In this document: positions 57,701 through 64,000 of the stretch, piece by piece
How positions within the stretch are numbered: position 1 is the first letter of the stretch
How the letters are laid out: each line of letters starts with the position of its first letter
NCBI GenBank assembly: GCA_018714125.1
Contig: DVNV01000002.1
Coordinates: forward strand, 7,337-71,336
Reading direction: 5' to 3'
Source of the DNA: Candidatus Galloscillospira excrementipullorum
GTDB taxonomy: Bacteria; Bacillota; Clostridia; Oscillospirales; Feifaniaceae
Length of the DNA stretch: 64,000 bases
Notes under the pieces: generated by a model
Database searches by the model: none
What the model saw: the letters and a program-made list of their open reading frames with translations, nothing else
What the model was told of the DNA's origin: nothing
Program-made: the position numbers and the translations under genes

Positions 57701-58408
57701 GCCAGCAAGCTGGGCATCAAGGTCATGACGCCTGTGTTTGACGGAGCCAGGGAGGAGGAGATTTCCTCCATGCTCGAGCAGGCCGGCTTCGACAGAAACG
57801 GGAAAACCATTTTGTATGACGGGCGGACCGGCGAGCCCTTTGACAACCCCGTCACGGTGGGCTACATGCACTTCCTCAAGCTGGCCCACCTGGTGGACGA
57901 CAAGATTCATGCCCGTTCCAACGGGCCGTACTCCCTCGTGACGCAGCAGCCTCTGGGCGGCAAGGCCCAGTTCGGCGGCCAGAGATTCGGCGAGATGGAG
58001 GTCTGGGCGCTGGAGGCCTACGGCGCGGCCTATGCCCTCCAGGAGATTCTCACGGTCAAGTCGGACGACACCGTGGGCCGTGTCAAGACCTTCGAGGCCA
58101 TTGTCAAGGGAGAAAACGTGCCGCGCCCCGGCATCCCCGAGTCCTTCAAGGTGCTGATCAAGGAGCTGCAGTCGCTGGCGCTTGATATCAAGGTGCTCGA
58201 CGCGCAGGGCGAGGAAATCCAGCTCAAGGAAAACTATGACGATGCCGACGACTTCGGCTTCCAGAACGTGCCGGAGGACTATGTGGCAAGCGACGATGAG
58301 CTCAACGATGCGGGCTATGGGATTGAAGACCCCGATGTCGACGAGGACGATTTCGACGCCGACTTCGGGGACGAGGATTACGATGAGACCGAGGAGGACG
58401 ACTTTTAA
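54704..58408 (+). CDS. rpoB: DNA-directed RNA polymerase beta subunit
   Basis: [41 protein letters not shown] aligns with Firmicutes RpoB N-termini. The start may be 54704 or 54713. The track's GTG at 54551 has no SD. Confidence 0.95.
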   Translation: MKSMPKTVTLGRNQRLSFSKIEEIQSMPNLIEIQKKSYQWFIEQGLKEVFDDVAYISDYAGNLVLKFIDYKMEDTPKYTVMECKERDATYAAPLKVRVQLVNRETMEVKEQEIFMGDFPLMTESGTFIINGAERVIVSQLVRSPGIYYDIVRDKSGMPLYSTTIIPNRGAWIEYETDSAGVYYVRIDKNRKIPATVLLRCFGLETDDQIVELFGSEEHVLATIEKDSTKTGDDALLELYRKLRPGEPPTVESSRQLLTSMFFDVRRYDLPRVGRFKYNQKMALGPRIAGKVLAQPVVAPLTGEVVAEVDGRPLTKEKARAIERSGVSTVYLQVEDAVVKVFSNGMVDLDAFVDISEQECRELGLTEKVSFKVLCEILEQVGEDDPEALRQALVERMDDLIPKHIIVDDVFASFNYLICLSYDIGTTDDIDHLGNRRIRSVGELLQNQFRIGLSRMERVIRERMTTQNLDIITPQALINIRPVVASIKEFFGSSPLSQFMDQTNPLAELTCKRRLSALGPGGLSRDRAGFEVRDVHYTHYGRMCPIETPEGPNIGLISYLSTYARINEYGFIEAPYRRVDKETGRVTNEVVYMTADMEDEYIVAQASEPLDDEMRFVNRRVAARHRDEILEIDRERIDFMDISPRMVVSVATAMIPFLENDDANRALMGSNMQRQAVPLLRTQSPIVGTGMEYKAAVDSGVCVLAKHAGVVSQVSADSITIDAGDDGIDEYHLIKFLRSNQGTCINQKPIVDVGQRVEQGEVIADGPSTQNGEIALGRNVLIGFMTWEGFNYEDAVLLNEKLVRDDIFTSIHIEEYEIEERDTKLGSEEITRDIPGLSEDARKDLDANGIIRVGAEVHSGDILVGKITPKGETELTAEERLLRAIFGEKVREVRDTSLKVPHGEYGIVVDVKVFDREKGDEMAPGINKIVRCYVAQKRKISVGDKMAGRHGNKGVVSRVLPQEDMPFLPDGTPLDIVLNPLGVPSRMNIGQVLEVHLGLAASKLGIKVMTPVFDGAREEEISSMLEQAGFDRNGKTILYDGRTGEPFDNPVTVGYMHFLKLAHLVDDKIHARSNGPYSLVTQQPLGGKAQFGGQRFGEMEVWALEAYGAAYALQEILTVKSDDTVGRVKTFEAIVKGENVPRPGIPESFKVLIKELQSLALDIKVLDAQGEEIQLKENYDDADDFGFQNVPEDYVASDDELNDAGYGIEDPDVDEDDFDADFGDEDYDETEEDDF

Positions 58409-61400
58409 TGGAAAACAATCTGTTTGACAGCATCAAAATTGGTCTTGCCTCACCGGACATGATTCGCTCCTGGTCGTATGGAGAGGTCAAAAAGCCGGAG
58501 ACAATCAACTACAGAACCTTGAAGCCCGAGCGCGACGGCCTGTTCTGCGAGCGTATTTTCGGGCCCTCGAAGGACTGGGAGTGCTTTTGCGGAAAGTACA
58601 AGCGCCACCGCTACAAGGGGAAAATCTGCGAGAAGTGCGGCGTGGAGGTCACGCGGGCCAAGGTACGCCGCGAGCGCATGGGCCACATTGAACTGGCCGC
58701 CCCCGTCTCGCACATCTGGTATTTCAAGGGCATTCCCTCGCGCATGGGCCTGCTGCTTGACGTCTCGCCCCGCGTGCTGGAGAAGGTGCTCTATTTTGCC
58801 TCGTATATTGTGACCGAGGTGTCCGACACCCGCGTGCCCCTGACAAAGCTGCAGGTGCTTTCGGAAAAGGAATACCGCGACAACCTGGAAAAATATGAGG
58901 GCGGCTTTGAGGCCGGCATGGGCGCCGAAGCCATCAAGAAGCTGCTGGCCGAAATTGACTTGGAAAAGCTCAGCGAGGAGCTCAAGGGCGAGCTTGAGGC
59001 CTCGACGGGGCAAAAGCGAGCGCGCATCATCAAGCGCCTGGAGGCCGTGGAGGCCTTCCGCCTTTCGGGCAACCGTCCCGAGTGGATGATTCTGGACGTG
59101 GTGCCGGTCATTCCGCCCGACATCCGTCCCATGGTGCAGCTCGACGGCGGCCGCTTTGCGACCTCCGACCTCAACGACCTGTACCGCAGAGTCATCAACC
59201 GCAACAACCGCCTCAAGAAGCTGCTCGAACTGGGCGCGCCCGACATCATCGTGCGCAACGAAAAGCGTATGCTGCAGGAGGCGGTCGACGCCCTGATTGA
59301 CAACGGCCGCCGCGGCCGTCCGGTCACGGGCCCCAACAACCGCTCGCTCAAGAGCCTGTCCGACATGCTCAAGGGAAAGCAGGGGCGTTTCCGTCAGAAC
59401 CTGCTGGGCAAGCGCGTTGACTACTCCGGACGTTCGGTCATCGTCGTGGGCCCCGACCTCAAGCTCTACCAGTGCGGCCTGCCAAAGGAGATGGCGCTGG
59501 AGCTCTTCAAGCCCTTTGTCATGCGCCGCCTCGAGGAGCTGGGGCTGGCGCAAAACGTCAACGGCGCCAAAAAGCTGGTGCAAAAGGCAACCACCGAGGT
59601 GTGGGACGCCCTGGAAGAGGTCATCAAGGAGCATCCGGTGCTGCTCAACCGCGCCCCCACGCTGCACCGTCTGGGCATTCAGGCCTTCGAGCCCGTGCTG
59701 GTGGAGGGCCGCGCCATCAAGCTGCACCCCCTGGTCTGCACCGCCTACAACGCCGACTTTGACGGCGACCAGATGGCCGTTCACGTCCCCCTGTCGGCCG
59801 AGGCGCAGGCTGAGGCGCGTTTTCTCATGCTCTCGGCCAACAACCTGCTCAAGCCGCAGGACGGAAAGCCGGTCACCGTGCCCTCGCAGGACATGGTGCT
59901 GGGCGCCTACTACCTGACCCTGCGCCGTGCCGGCTGCAAGGGGGAGGGAAAGGCCTTCTCCTCGCCCGACGAGGCACTGCTGGCCTACGACAACGGGGAA
60001 GTGGCGCTGCATGCCGACATCAAGGTGCGCATCAGAAAGCAGGTTGACGGCGAGGAGCGTTCCCGCATCATCAACTGCACGGTGGGCCAGATTATCTTCA
60101 ACCAGCCCATTCCGCAGGATTTGGGCTTTGTCGACCGCAGCGACCCCGAGCATCTCTTTGACTTTGAGATCACCTTTACGGCGGGCAAGAGCGGCCTTGG
60201 GAAAATCATCGACCGATGCATCCGCAAGCATGGCTTTGCCACCTCCGCAGAGGTGCTCGACCAAATCAAGGCACTGGGCTTCAAATATTCCACCAAGGGA
60301 GCCACCACCATTTCGGTGGCCGACATGGTGGTGCCCAAGGAGAAGAAGGAGATCATCGCCAAAGCCGAGGAGCAGGTTGACCTGATTACGAGGAAGTACC
60401 GCAGGGGCCAGCTCAGCGAGCAGGAGCGTTACGATGCCGTCATCAAGACCTGGGAGCGCGCAACCGATGAGGTGACCGAGGCGCTGTCCGACAACCTCGA
60501 CCCCTACAACCCCATTTATATGATGGCCGATTCCGGTGCGCGCGGCTCCATGAAGCAGATTCGTCAGCTGGCCGGCATGCGCGGCCTGATGGCCAACACC
60601 TCGGGCAAGACCATTGAAATCCCCATTCGTGCCAACTTCCGCGAGGGACTGACCGTGCTGGAATACTTTGTTTCGTCGCGCGGCGCCAGAAAGGGCCTTG
60701 CCGACACCGCGCTCAGAACGGCCGACTCGGGCTATCTGACCCGCCGCCTGGTCGACGTGGCGCAGGATGTCATCATCCGGGAGAGCGACTGCGGCACCGA
60801 AGAGGGGCTGTGGGTTTCCGACATCAAGGAGGGCAAATCGGTCATTGAGCCTCTGGAGGAGCGCCTGCTGGGAAGATATCCCGTGCATGACATTGTGCAC
60901 CCCGTCACGGGGGAGCTGCTGGTCAGCAAAGACAAGCTGATGGACAGCGACGATGCCGCGCGCATCAAGGCGGCCGGCATCGAGTCGGTGCACATCCGCT
61001 CGGTGCTCAACTGCCACGCCAAGCACGGCGTCTGCATCAAGTGCTACGGCGCCAACCTGGCAAGCGGCGAGGACGTCAACAAGGGCGAGGCCGTGGGCAT
61101 TGTGGCGGCACAGTCCATCGGCGAGCCCGGCACCCAGCTCACCATGAGAACCTTCCACACCGGCGGCATTGCGACGGCCGAGGACATCACCCAGGGTCTG
61201 CCCCGCGTGGAGGAGCTCTTCGAGGCCAGAAAGCCCAAGTTCCAGGCCACCATTTCCGAGATTTCGGGCGTGGTTCATCTGGAGGACAGCGGACGGCTGC
61301 GCAAGATTATTGTCAGCGACGACCAAAATGGCGACCGCAGGGAATATCAAATCAACTATTCGTCAAAAATAAGGGTTGCGCAGGGAGAATATGTCGAACA

Positions 61401-61998
61401 GGGACAGCAGCTCACGGAGGGTTCCGTCAACCCGGGAGAGCTCATGCGCATCTCCGGCATTCACGACACGCAGAATTACCTCATCCGCGAGGTGCAGAAG
61501 GTCTACCGTCTGCAGGGCGTGGGAATCAGCGACAAGCACATTGAGGTCATCGTGCGGCAGATGCTGCGCAAGGTGAAAATCCTCGAAAGCGGCTCCACCG
61601 ACCTGCTGGTCGGCTCGCTGGTGGATCGCGCCGAATTCCAGTCGGTCAATGCCGCCATCCGTGCCCGCATGGAGCAGGGAGAAGAGGGGCTTGCCCTGGC
61701 GCAGGCCGAACCGGTGCTGCAGGGCATCACCAAGGCCTCGCTGGGAACCGACTCCTTCCTGTCGGCAGCCTCCTTCCAGGAGACCACGCGCGTGCTGACC
61801 GAAGCCGCCATCAAGGGCAAGATTGACCCGCTGCTGGGCCTCAAGGAAAATGTCATCATCGGCAAGCTCATCCCTGCCGGCACGGGGCTGCCCCTGTATC
61901 AGCACACTGAAATCAAGGTGCTGGGGGAGGAAGAGTCCACGGCAGACGAACAATCTGAGAAACAACCTCTTGACAATGAGGAGATTGCTGGAATATAA
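58408..61998 (+). CDS. rpoC: DNA-directed RNA polymerase beta' subunit
   Basis: TAATG overlap with rpoB. The Zn-finger reads [20 protein letters not shown]. The catalytic motif is NADFDGDQM. Confidence 0.95.
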   Translation: MENNLFDSIKIGLASPDMIRSWSYGEVKKPETINYRTLKPERDGLFCERIFGPSKDWECFCGKYKRHRYKGKICEKCGVEVTRAKVRRERMGHIELAAPVSHIWYFKGIPSRMGLLLDVSPRVLEKVLYFASYIVTEVSDTRVPLTKLQVLSEKEYRDNLEKYEGGFEAGMGAEAIKKLLAEIDLEKLSEELKGELEASTGQKRARIIKRLEAVEAFRLSGNRPEWMILDVVPVIPPDIRPMVQLDGGRFATSDLNDLYRRVINRNNRLKKLLELGAPDIIVRNEKRMLQEAVDALIDNGRRGRPVTGPNNRSLKSLSDMLKGKQGRFRQNLLGKRVDYSGRSVIVVGPDLKLYQCGLPKEMALELFKPFVMRRLEELGLAQNVNGAKKLVQKATTEVWDALEEVIKEHPVLLNRAPTLHRLGIQAFEPVLVEGRAIKLHPLVCTAYNADFDGDQMAVHVPLSAEAQAEARFLMLSANNLLKPQDGKPVTVPSQDMVLGAYYLTLRRAGCKGEGKAFSSPDEALLAYDNGEVALHADIKVRIRKQVDGEERSRIINCTVGQIIFNQPIPQDLGFVDRSDPEHLFDFEITFTAGKSGLGKIIDRCIRKHGFATSAEVLDQIKALGFKYSTKGATTISVADMVVPKEKKEIIAKAEEQVDLITRKYRRGQLSEQERYDAVIKTWERATDEVTEALSDNLDPYNPIYMMADSGARGSMKQIRQLAGMRGLMANTSGKTIEIPIRANFREGLTVLEYFVSSRGARKGLADTALRTADSGYLTRRLVDVAQDVIIRESDCGTEEGLWVSDIKEGKSVIEPLEERLLGRYPVHDIVHPVTGELLVSKDKLMDSDDAARIKAAGIESVHIRSVLNCHAKHGVCIKCYGANLASGEDVNKGEAVGIVAAQSIGEPGTQLTMRTFHTGGIATAEDITQGLPRVEELFEARKPKFQATISEISGVVHLEDSGRLRKIIVSDDQNGDRREYQINYSSKIRVAQGEYVEQGQQLTEGSVNPGELMRISGIHDTQNYLIREVQKVYRLQGVGISDKHIEVIVRQMLRKVKILESGSTDLLVGSLVDRAEFQSVNAAIRARMEQGEEGLALAQAEPVLQGITKASLGTDSFLSAASFQETTRVLTEAAIKGKIDPLLGLKENVIIGKLIPAGTGLPLYQHTEIKVLGEEESTADEQSEKQPLDNEEIAGI

Positions 61999-62012
61999 TA
62001 AATAGGTCTGAG

Positions 62013-62042
62013 CCCCTGCCGGCAAGAGTTTGCCGGCAGGGG
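62013..62042 (+). other. Perfect 13-bp GC-rich stem-loop after rpoC, no U-tract
   Basis: CCCCTGCCGGCAA gagt TTGCCGGCAGGGG, followed by GTTCACC. Confidence 0.5.
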
Positions 62043-62073
62043 GTTCACCCTGCTTAAAAGGGGGGGCGTTTGA

Positions 62074-62313
62074 ATGCGGGATTTGAAGCAGCTGCCAAAG
62101 CTTGTAGGCGCCAAGCAGAGTAAAAAGGCCCTGGACGACGGACAGGTGGCGGCGCTGATTGTGGCGCGTGATGCGCAGCAGACTGTAACGGCCCCTCTGG
62201 TGGAGCAGGCCGCGCGGCAGGACGTGCCCGTGGAGTGGGCAGACAGCATGAAGGAGCTGGGGCTCTCGTGCGGCATCCGGGTGGGGGCCGCCGTTGTGGC
62301 GCTGCTCCGATAA
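62074..62313 (+). CDS. L7Ae-family ribosome-associated protein (YbxF/RplGB-like)
   Basis: 79 aa. LVGAKQSKKALDDGQVAALIVARDA is an L7Ae-type fold signature. It occupies the same rpoC-rpsL slot as B. subtilis ybxF. Confidence 0.85.
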   Translation: MRDLKQLPKLVGAKQSKKALDDGQVAALIVARDAQQTVTAPLVEQAARQDVPVEWADSMKELGLSCGIRVGAAVVALLR

Positions 62314-62346
62314 ACGCAAAGGCCCTTGCTGCAGTGCAGGAACCGG

Positions 62347-62396
62347 ATTTCCCATCCGGAAAGGCAAAAGGTATTTTGCCTTTCCGGATGGGAAAT
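62347..62396 (+). other. Perfect 23-bp stem-loop between the L7Ae gene and rpsL, no U-tract
   Basis: ATTTCCCATCCGGAAAGGCAAAA ggta TTTTGCCTTTCCGGATGGGAAAT. Confidence 0.75.
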
Positions 62397-62441
62397 GCAG
62401 ATGCAATTCCATCAAAAATACTGTAAGAAAGGAGAAATACC

Positions 62442-62852
62442 ATGACCTTCAACCAGCTCGTCAAGCAGGGCAGGCAGACCACCGTCAAGAAGTCTACCGC
62501 ACCGGCCCTTCAGAGGGGATTCAACACGCTCAAGAAGCAGGCGACCGATCAGTCGGCCCCGCAGAAGAGAGGCGTGTGCACTTCGGTCAAGACCATGACC
62601 CCCAAGAAGCCCAATTCCGCGCTGCGCAAGATCGCCAGAGTGCGTCTGTCCAACGGCACGGAGGTGTCGGCTTACATCCCGGGCGTCGGCCACAACCTGC
62701 AAGAGCACAATGTGGTGCTGATTCGCGGCGGCAGAGTAAAAGACCTGCCCGGCGTGCGTTACCACATCATCCGCGGCACGCTGGACACCCAGGGTGTTGC
62801 CAACCGCCGTCAGGCCCGCTCCAAGTATGGCGCAAAGCGTCCCAAGTCGTAA
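62442..62852 (+). CDS. rpsL: 30S ribosomal protein S12
   Basis: [19 protein letters not shown]...[21 protein letters not shown]. Confidence 0.95.
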   Translation: MTFNQLVKQGRQTTVKKSTAPALQRGFNTLKKQATDQSAPQKRGVCTSVKTMTPKKPNSALRKIARVRLSNGTEVSAYIPGVGHNLQEHNVVLIRGGRVKDLPGVRYHIIRGTLDTQGVANRRQARSKYGAKRPKS

Positions 62853-63007
62853 GGAGCGCGTCAAAGGCAAATTGAGAACGTTTGCTTTGCCTGCTTTTGG
62901 GCAAGCTTTCCAACATAGATTTGGGAGCGCGACCCTGAAAGAGGCACAGCGGGAGTTTCATGCTTTCGAGTACCGATGATATCAAGGATATGAAGGAGGG
63001 AAGAAAC

Positions 63008-63478
63008 GTGCCCAGAAGAGGTTCAGTTCCCGTAAGAGATGTGTTGCCCGATCCGCTGTACGGCAGCCAGATGGTGACTCGTCTCATCAACAACATCATG
63101 TATGATGGCAAAAAGGGCGTGGCGCAGAAGATTGTTTACGACGCTTTTGACATCATCAGGGAGAAGACCGGCAAGGAGCCCCTTGAGGTCTTCGAGGCCG
63201 GCCTGGAAAACATCATGCCGGTTCTGGAGGTCAAGGCCCGCCGTGTGGGCGGCGCCACCTATCAGGTTCCCATGGAGGTGCGCCCCGAGCGGCGCCGCAC
63301 CCTGGGTCTGAGATGGCTGACCACCTATTCCAGACAGAGAAGTGAGCGCACCATGTCGGAGCGCCTGGCCGGAGAGCTGATGGATGCCGTGAACAACGCG
63401 GGCGGCGCCGTCAAGAAGAAGGACGACACCCACAGAATGGCAGAGTCCAACAAAGCTTTCGCCCACTACAGATACTAA
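63008..63478 (+). CDS. rpsG: 30S ribosomal protein S7
   Basis: GTG start after [46 protein letters not shown]. Confidence 0.95.
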   Translation: MPRRGSVPVRDVLPDPLYGSQMVTRLINNIMYDGKKGVAQKIVYDAFDIIREKTGKEPLEVFEAGLENIMPVLEVKARRVGGATYQVPMEVRPERRRTLGLRWLTTYSRQRSERTMSERLAGELMDAVNNAGGAVKKKDDTHRMAESNKAFAHYRY

Positions 63479-63588
63479 GAGCAGCCCGGTGCCCGTGCGC
63501 GGACGGCGCTGCTTCTCCCGCGCACACGTCACCGTGCTTTGCTTTGTACCGGTGGAGTTAATTTGTAAAGAAAGATGCAGGAGGACAA

Positions 63589-64000
63589 CATGCCCAGAGA
63601 GTTCCCACTTGAACTGACCAGAAATATTGGTATTATGGCCCATATTGACGCCGGAAAGACGACGACGACCGAGCGTATCCTGTTCTATACGGGCGTCAAT
63701 TACAAGCTTGGTGAAGTGCACGAAGGCGCTGCCACCATGGACTGGATGGAGCAGGAGCAGGAGCGTGGAATCACCATCACCTCGGCCGCCACCACCTGTC
63801 ACTGGAAGGGCAACCGTATCAATATTATCGACACGCCCGGACACGTCGACTTCACCGTTGAGGTTGAGCGTTCGCTGCGTGTTCTGGACGGTTCCGTTAC
63901 CGTGTTTTGTGCCAAGGGCGGCGTGGAGCCCCAGTCCGAAACGGTGTGGCGCCAGGCAGACAAATACCAGGTGCCCCGCATGGCCTACGTCAACAAAATG
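63589..64000 (+). CDS. fusA: Elongation factor G (N-terminal part, runs off the right edge)
   Basis: My translation is [35 protein letters not shown]...[17 protein letters not shown]. It is absent from the track because it is open at the edge. Confidence 0.95.

Noticed and set aside
58200-58405. The strongly acidic C-terminal tail of RpoB (DDADDFGF...[24 protein letters not shown]) might be an unusual fusion.
   Set aside because: Firmicutes RpoB proteins, including that of B. subtilis, also end in an acidic tail of comparable length. This is probably normal lineage variation.
62347-62396. The hairpin next to the L7Ae-family gene might be a K-turn autoregulatory site.
   Set aside because: The stem is a perfect 23-bp helix. 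It lacks the 3-nt bulge and tandem G.A pairs that define a K-turn.

Overview
This is a GC-rich, gene-dense chromosomal segment of the Firmicutes/Clostridia type. It comes from an endospore former, since spoIVB, spo0A and whiA are present, but I cannot name the species from sequence alone. Almost everything is core housekeeping. In order, the window holds a YtrA-type GntR plus ABC module, an AlaX-type editing protein and cls. Next come a TPP riboswitch driving cytX-thiD, typA, and serC-serA-DUF1015. These are followed by yceD-rpmF, a radical-SAM/PDZ gene with der-plsY, rpmB, hprK-murB-whiA-dnaE-pfkA, spoIVB-spo0A, carD-ispD-ispF and cdaA-cdaR. The second half holds recJ-relA, recG, a TrxR-like flavoprotein, a nine-gene V-type ATPase operon, an LD-carboxypeptidase and an Rrf2 regulator. 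It ends with rpoB-rpoC-L7Ae-rpsL-rpsG-fusA. I support about 58 CDS, one riboswitch, a set of sigmaA-like promoters and many intrinsic terminators. I saw no rRNA, tRNA, CRISPR array, transposase, integrase, phage gene or recognisable defence island, and no compositional island. I therefore do not claim a new multi-gene system. The most interesting unexplained signals are a promoter-driven GC-rich multi-helix RNA candidate upstream of recJ, the operon-embedded DUF1015 gene, and a TrxR-like protein lacking the NADPH motif. Also notable are rpoB separated from rplJL behind a long leader with a perfect palindrome, perfect U-tract-less hairpins bracketing the L7Ae gene, and a 58-aa ORF below the ORF-track cutoff. 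All functional calls come from reading motifs in the translations, not from database searches. Start codons were chosen by Shine-Dalgarno position and expected N-termini, and may be off by a few codons.
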